Source: Malacoraja senta
Lineage: Eukaryota
Assembly (NCBI GenBank): GCA_038087875.1
Contig: CM075989.1
Span: 25,236,001-25,300,000, forward strand
Length of the DNA stretch: 64,000 nt
Direction of reading: 5' to 3'
Made by a program: the position numbers and the translations under genes. A model generated the notes under the pieces. It was not told the origin of the DNA, made no database searches, and saw nothing but the letters and a program-made list of their open reading frames with translations. Shown here one piece after another: positions 11,395 to 24,193 of the stretch (within the stretch, counting starts at the first letter, position 1; each line of letters starts with the position of its first letter).

Positions 11395-12334
11395 GTAAGT
11401 GGTCCCTCTCTGACCGCGGGTTGTTGGGCAATGAGGAGCTGAGCGCGTGGAGTTTGGACCGAGATGGATTGGGTGTCTAGTCCCTGCCTCGTCCAGCCCA
11501 GCTTGGACACAGTGAATGACTTAATGACCCACTTTATAGCCATGGAAGCTATGTGGTGACCTCTGGAAATTAAAGTTAATAACCCACTTCATAGCCAATC
11601 AAACTATGTCCAACATCAGTGGGAAGATGTCAAGTACGAAGTATGTTTGTTATTTGAGTTGTGGAGAAGGGCATCGTCTCAGGAGATCCACCTGTACATG
11701 TGAGAAACATTGGAACTCTACAGCAATGCCCTCTGCACTGGTCTATGTAGACTTGGTTTGAGATGGATGGTTCTATGTTCAGCAAAAGGAGAAGAGACAA
11801 AGGTCTGACAATATTGTCAGAGATGAACCATGATCTCCTTGAATGTTGGGCTCAGTTTGAATGTTGTAATGTTTCTGTTTTTCCCTTTTATGCTCCCATT
11901 TCCCAAACCTCTGACCAGAACAACCGATCTTCTCATATTTACATCAAAATATCTCTTAAACTTAACTAAATATATTAGGTTTGCTCAGCTTTCCCCACTC
12001 CATGAGAAACAGCGATAACCTGGAGTGACTCTACACACTCAAATATTAAAAACAAAATACTTGTAGCCGGATCCCGTGAAGGAAAGCTAAACGCTTCGAC
12101 TGTTCCTGGTTGTTTCAGAATAAGTTCTGTTCATGTCACACGCGCTGGTCTAGCTGGGAAGGGGACTGAGCACAGAGCCTTGGGCTGAGTGCTGCTGTCA
12201 TTGTGTGGTCCAGAGCCAAAGGCCTTGTGCCAAGTGACCACAGACCTCTGAGACAAAAGCAACCTGTTGCCAAAAACAAAAGTAAAATGCTATTACAAGC
12301 TCATCAAGTGAAGTACATTCATCTCTGTTTGCAG

Positions 12335-12464
12335 TTTCAGCGATTGAATTCCCACACATCCTGGGCGAATGTTTGGAGATTCTGCACCTGGACGGAAATT
12401 TCCTGGACTCAGTCCCACCATCGGTGTGTTCGCTGCGTACACTCTCCGAGCTCTACCTTTCAAA
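12335..12464 (+). CDS. LRRK1: LRRK1 exon (window exon 5, LRR)
   Basis: tttgcag/gtaagt; [42 protein letters not shown]; an alternative in-frame acceptor would start the exon at 12341. Confidence 0.88.
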
Positions 12465-12808
12465 GTAAGTTAGCTGTTGTTCATCATGGACATGAGAATC
12501 CTGCTGAGAAAGGTGGATTACTTTTAAAAATTAAAGTTGCAGCCTCATCCTTGAAGTTTTGCTGCAGAAACTATCATTGCCAAGTCGAAATGCGTCACAT
12601 TGTCCTCATTGCATTGGCCGATGGAATGGAAAAAGTCAACCTATTAAATCTACTTCCACTGAGTAGATAAAGTCCATTTTAATGTATTTAACATGCTTCA
12701 CAGGAGCAAAATTCAATGAAGTTTGACATAAAGTGTCCCTAACCTGAGTTGGTGATTTAGCTGGTGGTGGCTGTGGTGGGTTTGATCTGTCTGTATGTGT
12801 CCCATCAG

Positions 12809-12921
12809 TAACCCTGGCATCCGGGAGCTTCCGGCCGAGCTGGGCCAGTTGTCTAATCTCTGGCAGCTGGACATCGACCAGTTAAACATCTCAAACGTAC
12901 CGATAGAGATCAGGAATCAAG
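12809..12921 (+). CDS. LRRK1: LRRK1 exon (window exon 6, last LRR)
   Basis: catcag/gtaaat; [37 protein letters not shown]. Confidence 0.92.
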
Positions 12922-13972
12922 GTAAATAAAGCTTTGTTGTTCAATCTTACGTTTTCCTTAATTACAATTGATTTAGTTTCTGGCTGAGCCAGAGAACAAG
13001 TCCTGGGTGTGGGAGAACAAGCCATCTGCCCTCCCTTCTAGTGCTCTGCTGTTCGATGAGATCATGGTTGGTCTGGGACCTGACATCCACAACAGTGAAC
13101 AAAAATCTCTCAATGTCTAAATAATGGAGCTGGCAACAATGACACTCTGTAGGAAAGATGCCAAACTTTTGTCAACGTCTGCACTTCTGGAACACAACTA
13201 TGTTCAATGCTCGCTTCTTGAGAGTCTTTGCTTCAGAGTAGATGGGATTTAAACACTGCTGTGCATTGGGGGGGGGGGGAGGGGGTCACCTAAACACTGC
13301 TGTGCATTAAGGGGGGGCGGGTTACAGAGGCACTGCGGCGCATTAAGGAGTTGGGGGAGGGGGTCACACTGACAGTTTGTCCCAAGTGGCATTACGGCCA
13401 TCAGCTGAATATTGTATGTTGGTCTATAGGAGAGAATGAGTGAGAGAGATACAGGGATCCACAGGATAGACAACACTGCAAGAATGACTGGATGTTACCA
13501 TGCAGCAGCTGCAATAAAGCTAATGGTTTGCTGGGCTTTACTGGAACAACTAGAGACATCTTGCATCAATTATGTAGGGAGGAACTGCAGATGCTGGTTT
13601 AAACTGAAAGTAGACACAAAAAGCTGGAGTAACTCAACGGGTCCGGCAGCATCTCTGGAGAAAAGGAATAGGTGACGTTTCAGATCGAAAGGGTCTCGAG
13701 CCGAAATGTCACCTATCCATGTTCTCCATAGATGCTGCCTGACCCGCTGAGTTACTCCAGCACTCTGTGAAACGTCACCTACCCATGTTCTCCAGAGATG
13801 CTGCCTGACCCGCTGAGTTACTCCAGCACTCTGTGAAACGTCACCTATCCATGTCCTCCACAGATGCAAAGGAAAGGTTAATTGGCCTGCTGCTGACCTG
13901 TCCATGCACCCCCATCTCCCTGGCCCACGCTGTGGTTTAGACCTCCACTGACCATCATGTTCGTTCCCGCAG

Positions 13973-14187
13973 GACCCACGGCAGTGCTGGCCTTCCTCAG
14001 AGCACACCTGCGGAAAGCTGAGCCATGCCGGCTGCTGAAGATGATTGTCGTTGGACCACCTCGCCAGGGGAAGACCACGCTCCTGGAGACCCTTCAGACG
14101 GGGAAACCCCCACAGCCCATGTACAAAGAGAGTAGCATTCACACCACTATCTGGGAACTGCAGCGACCTGCTGCAGTGAAGACCAAG
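13973..14187 (+). CDS. LRRK1: LRRK1 exon (window exon 7, ROC GTPase P-loop)
   Basis: cccgcag/gtactg; [39 protein letters not shown]...[13 protein letters not shown]-loop GPPRQGKT. Confidence 0.95.
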
Positions 14188-15094
14188 GTACTGTTGCTGT
14201 TTGTGTTATTACACAAGAGCAGGTTCATACTGTAGTTAAGGATCGCGTTATGCTGCTTTACCTGTTCCTCCAGCAACCTTCTAATGAAGAGAGGATTTGG
14301 ACCCCACCCTCTTTCAGGCAGTTGCTGGGGGAGACTGGTGTTCCCCACAATACCAACAGTGATGCCACACCCACACCTCCTCAGTGTTACCCTAAAAATG
14401 ACAATTCCCATTTATTTGTGAACAACCTGTTTTAATCCAGTTTCTCCTGAAGCCGCTCTAACAGCCAACACTCGAGCTTCACCTTTACTCACTAAGATCT
14501 GACCCTCCACAGTTTCAGGTACACCCTCACCCGCATACCCCACAGGTACAACACTCACATCCACAGGTACACATCACCCACATACCGCCCACAGGTACAA
14601 ACTCGCCCATAGCCACAGGGTTGTGTGGAGAACGGCTCCAGGCTATGAGAAGGGCAGGCTCTGTCTGGTAATCAGGAGGTGACCTGCAGCAAGGGGTCTG
14701 GTCCCATCAGACTATCCTTGACCTGGCCACACCTGTATAACTGAAGCATCCTTGAGCTGCCTGTATACAAAACCCTGCCAGTCACATCTGTGAACCTCTG
14801 ACATGGTGATTTTTAACGTTGCCTCGCTCTGGTGGGAAAGGGTTAAATATGACTCTGACACAATGAACAATGTGTCAGAACGTTAAACAGCAGGAAGAAG
14901 GGAGAATAATTTTCATCTGACAAATATTCTAAAATGTTTAATTCTTTTGCTCCTTCAGCCACATCTGGGACAGAGTAATTAGGACCAATAATTCGAGAAA
15001 GATATCGGGCCAGAAATCCTTCTGCATCCACCCTCACACCAGTTATTGCAGCAACTGTAAATGTAATTGGGGTTGTCTTTGTGTTATTTTATAG

Positions 15095-15259
15095 GTGGAT
15101 TCTGTTGTGTTTAATGTTTGGGACATTGGAGGTGCTGCTAAAATGGCCACGGTGAACCAGTGTTTCTTCACGGAGAAGGCCCTGTATGTGGTGGTGTGGA
15201 ACCTGGCTCTTGGTGAGGAAGCGGTAGCCAACTTACAGTCGTGGCTCCTCAACATTGAG
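15095..15259 (+). CDS. LRRK1: LRRK1 exon (window exon 8, ROC switch II)
   Basis: ttatag/gtaagg; [55 protein letters not shown]. Confidence 0.95.
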
Positions 15260-15649
15260 GTAAGGCTCGGCACGGCCAAACAGCACACGCCGTGCAGGGC
15301 TCTCACTTAATTTTTTTCGCTGTTACCAGCCGGGCAACCTAGGCAGCTCTTTAGGTTGCCGAATGACAGTTTAGGTGGTCATTTAAGACGGCTTGCATGA
15401 CGCGTGCGATAATGTGCTCGGACGAAGTGCGTAGTTACCAGTCGGAATTGGGCTCAATGAAGCATTCACATATTATTTCTGCTTCAAATAAAGTCACAAA
15501 CTAAACATATTCACCAATCAAGACATGATATATCCCACAATGACATGCAGCAAAATTATAATACAGTATCTCAACTCTTTTTACATGTTGCAATGATTTC
15601 TTTCCACTTCCAAACAAAAATGTGGTTGGATTATTCAGCGTATGATCAA

Positions 15650-16078
15650 CCTCGGTGAGACCAAGCGCAGGCTCGGCGATCGCTTTGAACAACACCTCCA
15701 CTCACTTCGCAATAACCAACCTGATCTCCCGGTGGCTCAACACTTCAACTCCTCTTCCCATTCCGAATCCGACCTTTCTGTCCTGGGCCTCCTCCATGGC
15801 CAGAGTGAGGCCCACTGCAAATTGGAGGAACAGCACCTCATATTTCTCTTGGGCAGTTTACACCCCAGCGGTATGAACATTGACTTCTCCAATTTCAGGT
15901 AGTCCCTGCTTTCTCCTCCGCTTCCCAGCTCTCCCTGTCTCCACCTCTTCCTTTCTTCTTCCCGCCCCCACCCTCACATCAGTCTGAAGAAGGGTCTCGA
16001 CCCGAAAGGTCGCCTACTTCCTTCGCTCCATAGATGCTTCCTCGCCCACTGAGTTTCTCCAGCATTTTTGTCTACCCA
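15650..16078 (+). mobile_element. Penelope-like element 3' fragment (GIY-YIG endonuclease C-terminal half plus 3' end)
   Basis: GETKRRLGDRFEQHL...PVAQHFNS...LEEQHLIFLLGSLHPSGMN; followed by ctgaagaagggtctcgacccgaaa. Confidence 0.85.
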
Positions 16079-17507
16079 TTCACACAAGTTCTGTTATCCT
16101 ACTTTCCTCACCCACTCCCTACACATTAGGGGCAATTTTACAGAGACAAGTTAACATACAAAGCCAATGCGTCTTTGGGATGTGGGAGGAAACCCACACG
16201 CTTGCAGGGAGAATGTGCAAATTCAACACAGACAGTGCCCGAGGACAGGATCGAACACAGATCTCTGGCGTGTGAGGCAGCGAGTCTACCAGCTGTGCCA
16301 CTATATTTTGTTTTCCAACACACAAAAAATTATACGTTGATAACTTTGGTTACTAAAAAAAAATAAACTATCCATTTTCAGTCTTAAATGTCTAAGTGAC
16401 GCTATGTCCCCCTTTACAGCTACTGTATGTTTTAATTCAGTTCAAGACTATGGGGCAGTACATTGGCCATAAAGTTGCTGCCGAAAAGTGCCAGAAACCC
16501 GGAATTGATCCTGAATATGGGTGCTGTCTGTATGGTTTGCTCCTTTTCCCTTTGATCACATGGGTTTTCTCCGGGTGCTCTTGTTTCCTTCCACATTCCA
16601 AAGGTGTGCAGGAACCTATTTCAGACCCAACCCAAAACGTAATATTTTCCTTTTGTCCAGAGATTCTGTCTGACCTGTTGAGTTACTCCAGCTTTTTGTG
16701 TCTATCTTCAGTTTAAACCAGCACCTGCAGTTCTTTCCTACACACACGATACTATACGATAGAACTTTATTAATCCCAGGAGGGAAATTGTGTGTGTATG
16801 TGTGTGGTTATATATATTACACACACACACATACACACACACACACACATCTTTATATATATATTCATGTATAAATATACGCTGTTTTGTTTTCTCGTTT
16901 ATAACATTGTTACTATGTTTGCATATTCTGTTGTGCTGCTGCAAGTAAGGATTTAATTGTTCTAACTGGGACTTGAGAGAATAAAACACTCTTGACTCTT
17001 GACTTACGTCGCTAATGTGTGGGATAGAACTAGAGTACGGGTGATCGGTGGTCAGCGTGGGTTCGGTGGGCCGAAGGGCCTGTTTCCACGCTGTATCTAT
17101 AAATTGAACTAAAACCACTAAAACCAGAGGAAATCTAAAGAAGGGTCTCTACCCGAAACGCCACCCAATTTCTTCTATCCAGAGATGCTGGCTGCTCCAT
17201 GGAAATCCCCCGCACAATTAAAGCATGAAATAGTCTTCACCCTACCATAGTTACCTAACCAGACGCAACTAAATTTAAGGTAGCTCTTTTTTCCCAAGAG
17301 CCCTTTTTTCCCTTAAGTCCAAGTCAAGAGAGTTTTATTGTTGTGTCCCAGATAGGACAATGAAATTAGACAATATTCAGTATTCAGTATTCACTTTATT
17401 GTCATTTCACTGAGTACTTGCATACACAGAAGAAACGTAAAATTGTTTCTCATCAGTTTTGTCATCAATGCAATTAATAAAAACAGAAATAAATACTTAC
17501 AAGTTAA

Positions 17508-18390
17508 AAATAGACAATAGACAATAGGTGCAGGAGTAGGCCATTCGGCCCTTCGAGCCAGCACCACCATTCAATGTGATCATGGCTGATCATCCCCAAT
17601 CAGTACCCCGTTCCGGCCTTCTCCCCATATCCCCTGACTCCGCTATTTTTAAGAGCCCCATCTAGCTCTCTCTTGAAAGTATCCAGAGAACCTGCCTCCA
17701 CCGTCCTCTGAGGCAGAGAATTCCACAGACTCACAACTCTCTGTGAGAAAAAGTGTTTCCTCGTCTCCGTTCTAAATGGCTTACCCCTTATTCTTAAACT
17801 GTGGCCCCTGGTTCTGGACTCCCCCAACATCGGGAACATGTTTCCTGCCGCTAGCGTGTCCAAACCCTTAACAATCTTGTATGTTTCAATAAGATTCCCT
17901 CATCCTTCTAAACTCCAGAGTGTACAAGCCCAGCCGCTCCATCCTCTCAGCATATGACAATCCCGCCATCCCGGGAATTAACCTTGTAAACCTACGCTGC
18001 ACTCCCTCAATAGCAAGAATGTCCTTCTTCAAATTAGGGGACCAAAACTGTACACAATACTCCAGGTGTGGTCTCACTAGGGCTCTGTACAACTGCAGAA
18101 GGACCTCGTTGCTCCTATACTCGACTCCTTTTGTTAAAAAGGCCAACATGCCATTGGCTTTCTTCACTGCCTGCTGTACCTGCATGCTTACTTTCATAGA
18201 CATGAACAAGGACCTCCTGATCCCGTTGTACTTCACATTTTCCCAACTTGACACCATTTAGATAATAATCTGCCTTTCTGTTTTTGATACCAAAGTGGAT
18301 AACCTCACATTTATCCACATTTAACTTCATCTGCCATGCATCTGCCCACTCCCCCAACCACCCTGCATTCCAAGTCACCCTGCATTCTCA
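17508..18390 (-). mobile_element. CR1 LINE 3' fragment
   Basis: RT C-terminus RPHLEYCVQFWSP, RTRGHSLRIRGKPFRTE...GEKAGTGY*; (TATTGTC)n tail. Confidence 0.9.
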
Positions 18391-20335
18391 TAGTAATTCT
18401 TGCTTACTGCAGCACAACAGAATATGTAAACATAATACAGGAGATAAAAGTTCAGTGTGTCTATATACCATAGACCATATATATATATACACAATAAATA
18501 AACAGATAAAGTGCAATAGGCTGTTATTTTTCAGAGTTTGGAGTTTGGTGATGGAGGGTCCACCAGTTTAAATTCCATTTGGAATATTTTTGGAGGACCA
18601 GGAAACCAAGAAGCAAGTTACTCCAGGGAGTTACTCCAGCTCCAGGGAGTGATTCTGCGTTGTTTTTTCGCGGTCGCGGCGAGGCGGCGACCGGAGAGCA
18701 ATGGTGGCCAGATCTCCCACAATGCAAAGGGAGGGAGAAAGTGCCTGGCGCCGACCAGTTGCCATGGCAGTGCGCATGTGCAGGGCGGCACATGCACACA
18801 ACCACGGCCGATGATGCGCTGGCCGTGGTTTGTGCGCATGTGCAGGGGGAGGATGTGCAGGCCGTGGCAGTGCGCATGTGCAAGGCGGCCGGCCGTGCTG
18901 GCGGATGAGGAGCTGGCAGAGAGCGGAGAACAGGCGGCCCGGACACGGATGGCGGGCGGAGACGGAGAGTGACAGAGAGACAGAGAGATAGAGAGGGGGG
19001 CCCACTCAGAGTTGAACGATAGGTGTCCCGGGTGCTTGCCAAGCCGGGCAAAATTGCACGGCTTTTAGGTTGCCCGGCGGGACTTTATGTCGCCATTGGC
19101 ACCCGGGCAACCGTTAATTTCGAGCCCTGCACGCGTGTACATAACATGCCTAAAACAGACGTGACGGTTGGGCTGAATGTCAGAGTAGCACCGTGTTACA
19201 CAGAAACACACCTGGAGCATGGTGTGAACACGGACAACTACTGAATGTACGTATGCAGAAACACCTAGTGTGGGCAAACGCGTACTGTTGTGGCGCTACA
19301 CCAGAGCTACACACACCCACCTTCTCTCCTGACCACCGCTGCTGCCTGTGTGGAGTTTGCACATCTACCTGTGACTGTATGGGTTTCCAGGTTTCCTCCC
19401 ACATTGCAGTGATGGGCTGGGGAGATCATTGGCTGCTTTGTATTAGTGTAGATAATCACAAACAAGATGGTGTGTGGGAGAGTAAACGTTGCAGACAGCA
19501 TGAACCCAATGAGATGAACAGCCTTGTTCTACATTGTAGAAAGTAAGTACAGTACATCTAAAGGCAAGATAAGCGCATGCTGCAACTGTGGTAATATCTC
19601 ACAGTGGTAATTGCAAACGTATAGTCCAAAGGTGGTGATGTTCTGGGTGTAGACACAGCGAGCCCTCACACCCTGCCTCTCATTCCTGACCCAAGATGGC
19701 TGCTGGATCATCGTGGGCTCCAACACAGATACTGGAGCCTCACACCCATGGAGTCACTTGTTGGTTTATCCAACGCTTGGCTTCCAGGATCTTTGGACTT
19801 GCTGCCCCTCTCTCTCCCCCCCCCCCACTCCCCCTCTCTCTCCCCACTCCCCACATTCCCACCTCTCTCCCTCTCCCAAAATCCCCACCTCTCCACCCCT
19901 CTCCCCTCGCCCCCATCCCCACCCCTCCCCCGCCCCTCTCCCCTCTCCCCCATCCCCACCTCTCACAGTGCCCACGTGCTCATTGATCCAGCTGTGACAG
20001 CCTCCCACACATCCATGTGGACCTGCAGTTCCTGCTCTACTGTCACCAGGTCCCGTCCTGTGATATTAGCGTTGGTCTTTCCCCAGTTGAGGCGCTTGGT
20101 TCCAACCATTCTCATCCTTTCCCATAACTACTCAGCTTGTCAGAGTGGTTGGTGCTCACTGTCTGAGACGGGCTCTGTGAGACAGCTTACACTTCCTGAC
20201 ACAGTTCCAGTCCTGCCGTTCCTGCACATGACTGTCTGCAACTGGATCCGAAGGTTCTCCAGGATGCGTTAGTCTCCCACCGCCTCCGATTACTGTGCAT
20301 CTCCCTCATCCATCCCTTTGCCTATGTATTCCTCG

Positions 20336-20438
20336 GTACACCTGCCTGTACACCTGCCTGTACACCTGCCTGTACACCTGCCTGTACACCTGCCTGTACA
20401 CCTGCCCGTACACCTGCCCGTACACCTGCCTGTACACC
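20336..20438. repeat. 12-bp minisatellite
   Basis: Unit tacacctgcctg. Confidence 0.9.
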
Positions 20439-20621
20439 TCTCTGTTGCTGTTTCCCTTCTTGCCCTGTTGACTCTCGCACCATTCTGTACATCTCCATTC
20501 TGCTTCTCTTTGCTCTTTCTCTCTTCCACTGAATATTATTTGTGTGAGTTTGAATTAAATTGCCAGCAGCAGGTGTGATGTTGAATGTTTACAGAGTGTG
20601 TCTGCTTGTGTTTTGCTCAAG

Positions 20622-20794
20622 GCCAAGGCTCCGAATGCCACTGTGATTGTGGTGGGTACTCACCTGGATTTGATCGACACCAAGTTCCGCACAGAGAGGC
20701 TCGCGACACTGCGCGCGTACATCCTGGCGTTGTGTCGCTCCCCGTCTGGGCCCCGAGCGAGCGGATACCCTGACATCAGCTGCCGGAACCTACA
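20622..20794 (+). CDS. LRRK1: LRRK1 exon (window exon 9, ROC)
   Basis: ctcaag/gtgagt; [58 protein letters not shown]4 motif THLD. Confidence 0.93.
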
Positions 20795-20874
20795 GTGAGT
20801 CCAATCGTTCTTGTATTGACCTTCCCCCACCCACAACATCATGGTTACAGCATCAAAGGAGGCCATTCACTCCA

Positions 20875-21158
20875 GGGCAGCACGGTGGCGCAGCAGTGGA
20901 GCTACAGCCTCACAGCACCAGAGACCCGGGCTCAAGCCTGACTACGGGTGCTGTCTGTACGGAGTTTGTGTGTTCTCCCTGTGACTGTGGGTTTTCTCCA
21001 GGAGCTCCAGTTTCCTCCAACACTTCAAAGACATGCGGGTTTGTAGGTTAATTGGATTCTGCAAATTGTACTTTGTGTGTAAGATAGTACTATTGTACGG
21101 GTAATCGCTGGTCGGCGCGCACTCAGTGGGCTTAGTCTCTAAGCTAAACTAAACTAAA
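20875..21158 (+). mobile_element. HE1/V-SINE-type SINE, near full length
   Basis: A-box tggcgcagcagtgg, degenerate B-box, core gggtgctgtctgtacggagtttg, (CTAAA)n tail. Other copies at about 3285-3480, 4530-4775, 16080-16300(-), 25010-25290, 35000-35150, 39160-39440, 41550-41710(-). Confidence 0.8.
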
Positions 21159-22552
21159 TCCTTACTGATGCAATGCAAAAGCTATCCATAGCTCTGTAAA
21201 TTCATCACTCATCCAGCACCTTATTGGACCCTACAGGTGAATCTGCTTCTGTATTCCAGTCCCCGATTACCTGCCAGCCACCTTTATAGGGCCCTGGTAA
21301 CTCCACCAATAGCAATGGCTTTGATCTGCCAGCCATGGTTTTGGATTCCTCTATGACCTCTCTGCAGCCACAGAGAAAACCTTGTCAATGAACATAAAGA
21401 TGTCCCGCTCCCTAGAATCACCTGTAATTCTCTCCTCTACCCCACCTTCAACGGGAAATACTGTAAACATTCATCTGGTCAGGCAGCATCTGTGGAAAGA
21501 GAAAAGCAGATTACTCTTTGCTCTGGATTCTGGCATCTGCAGGCTCTGACATCTCATTTGTTTTCTGGGTTAAGTTACCATCTCTCGAAGGTCCTGTCCG
21601 TGTCCCCAGCAGATGCAATACTTCCTCTCTTGCTGAGATTAGTTCATAAATCATAGGAGAAGAATTAGGCTATTCGGCCCATCGACTCCACTCCGCCATT
21701 CAATCAGGGCTGATCTATCTCTCAACTCCCCTTCTCCCCGTAACCCCCGACACCCGGACTAATCAAGAATCTGTCATTCTCCGCCTTCAAAATACCCACT
21801 GAATCCCACAGATTCACCACCCTCTGACTAAAGAAATTCCTCCTCATCTTCTTCCTAACGGTACATCCAGTTAGCATCAACACCAAATAGTTTTATGTGA
21901 ATTGGTTTGAGACTCATTTTGTGTAAAGCTCAAAAACCTTCATTCTGGAACAAGTTGCTGCCAGAAGTTGTTCTGAACTTCCCTTTACCGGGTGTTGCTG
22001 TTAAACATCTGAGAATGATTTGTGTTTCATTAATCCCAATAATCACAAACAAATGAGACAAATTCATTCAAGGGTGAGTTTAAAAGAACTGCATATTGCT
22101 GCCTATGGTATGGTTTGAGTTGCAACGAGCTAACTGTGTTGCTTCCTCAACAAGGATGTTATCAGAGTCTTCTGTCTTGTTCCTATCTTGTCTCTGTTCT
22201 GATGAAAAGTCATTGTGCTGGAATATTCACTGTCTTCCCCTCTCCACAGATGCTGCCTTACCTGCTGACAATTCACACACTTCTGTTCTGTTTTTATCTT
22301 TTCAGCATCCCCAGTTTTGTTTTGTTGTTAATTTATTATAACTCTGCCACTTAGTTCCTGTCCCGTCTGCTTTGGCAAACAGACCCAAATAGTTTGCTCA
22401 GCCAGCTGTGGATGATCAGCCATGATCACAGTGAATGATGGTGCTATCTATTGTCTATTGTGTTCCAAAGGGAATGACCATGACCTGTCCAAGCCTTCAC
22501 CGTGAGCTTACATTTCCAATCCTGGCAACATCTTGGCTCATTGCTGTCCGCT

Positions 22553-23514
22553 GCCCCCTGTAATCCCATCTACACCCGGCCCTGTAATTCCATCTACACC
22601 CTGCCCTGTAATCCCATCTACACCCTGCCCTGTAATCCCATCTACACCCTGCCCTGTAATCCCATCTACACCCTGCCCTGTAATCCCATCTACACCCTGC
22701 CCTGTAATCCCATCTACACCTTGCTCCCTGTAATCCCATCTACACCCTGCCCCCTGTAATCCCACCTACACCCTGCCCCCTGTAATCCTATCTACACCCG
22801 GCCCTGTGTAATCCCATCTACACCCGGCCCCCTGTAATCCCATCTACACCCGGCCCTGTAATCCCATCTACACCCTGCCCTGTAATCCCATCTACACCTT
22901 GCTCCCTGTAATCCCATCTACACCCTGCCCCCTGTAATCCCATCTACACCCTGCCCCCTGTAATCCTATCTACACCCGGCCCTGTGTAATCCCATCTACA
23001 CCCGGCCCCCTGTAATCCCATCTACACCCGGCCCCCTGTGATCCCATCTACACCCGGCCCCCTGTAATCCCATCTACACCCGGCCCCCTGTAATCCCATC
23101 TACACCCTGCCCCCTGTAATCCCATCTACACCCGGCCCTGTGTAATCCCATCTACACCCGCCCTGTGTAATCCCATCTACACCCTGCCCTGTAATCCCAT
23201 CTACACCCGGCCCCGTGTAATCCCATCTACACCCTGCCCCCTGTAATCCCATTTACACCCGGCCCTGTGTAATCCCATCTACACCCGGCCCTCTGTAATC
23301 CCATCTACACCCGGCCCTGTGTAATCCCATCTACACCCGGCCCCGTGTAATCCCATCTACACCCGGCCCTGTGTAATCCCATCTACACCCTGCCCTGTGT
23401 AATCCCATCTACACCCTGCCCTGTGTAATCCCATCTACACCCTGCCCTGTGTAATCCCATCTACACCCTGCCCTGTGTAATCCCATCTACACCCGGCCCT
23501 GTGTAATCCCATCT
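22553..23514. repeat. 24-27-bp minisatellite, about 960 bp
   Basis: Unit ccctgtaatcccatctacaccc(t/g)g with variants. Confidence 0.92.
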
Positions 23515-23585
23515 TTACTGGAATGTAGTGACCAGAACTGCATGCTCATTGCTCCCACGGTTTATGTTGCAATGTTTTCTTGCAG

Positions 23586-23706
23586 TGAATTATCGTGCAG
23601 GGCCCTGGATGGGCTGGAAGGGCTTCGTAAACTGATCTTTCAAGTTGCGTGTGGCATGAGAGACGCAGGGAGTGTAATGGCTTCACAGAAGCTGGTGGGA
23701 AGACTG
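23586..23706 (+). CDS. LRRK1: LRRK1 exon (window exon 10, ROC end)
   Basis: ttgcag/gtgagt; ELSCRALDGLEGLRKLIFQVACGMRDAGSVMASQKLVGRL. Confidence 0.93.
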
Positions 23707-23923
23707 GTGAGTAGCTGCTTTGTGGAGAGTGTGTAGGAAAGAACTGCAGACCCTGGTTTACACCGAATGTACACACAAACTGCTGGAGTAACTCAGCGGG
23801 TCAGGCAGCATCTGTGGGGAACATGGATAGGTGACGTTTCACAGAGTGCTGGAGTAACTCAGCGGGTCAGGCAGCATCTGTGGGGAACATGGATAGGTGA
23901 CGTTTCACAGAGTGCTGGAGTAA

Positions 23924-24080
23924 AGGGCCTGTCCCACTTGGCCGTCATTTACGCTACAGGCCGGTCGTGACTGACGCACGCGTCTTCATGCGTCAGCACA
24001 GCCGTCTGGAGCGAGTGACGTCATCTGAATACCCAGTTTATAATATTTATCCAGTTTATGATATTTATGGTGATTTTCTA
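23924..24080. mobile_element. Truncated PIF/Harbinger-like MITE (one arm only)
   Basis: TAA then AGGGCCTGTCCCACTTG; internal cagccgtctggagcgagtgacgtcat matches the reverse complement of 61990-62025. Confidence 0.6.
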
Positions 24081-24193
24081 AAATGTTCCCGTTTCTTGAG
24101 TGGTTCTAGCAATTGGAAAACTGCAGATGTAATGCCCCTATTCAAAAAAAGAGGTGAATGAAAAGTAGCACGCTGCAGACCAAATTAATCTGT

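Larger units (their letters stand above)
15295..19129. mobile_element. Non-autonomous hAT-like TIR element with retroelement-filled interior
   Basis: TIRs CAGGGCTCTCACTTAA / TTAATTTCGAGCCCTG; flanks cacgccgtg / cacgcgtg (8-bp TSD with 1 indel); subterminal GGCAACC/GGTTGCC motifs at both ends. Confidence 0.7.

Noticed and set aside
18524..19051. GC-rich overlapping ORFs or a CpG-island promoter
   Set aside because: Lies in the right arm of the hAT-like element; no recognisable protein motif
20875..20950. tRNA gene
   Set aside because: tRNA-like A/B boxes are the head of a SINE and run on into the SINE core and tail
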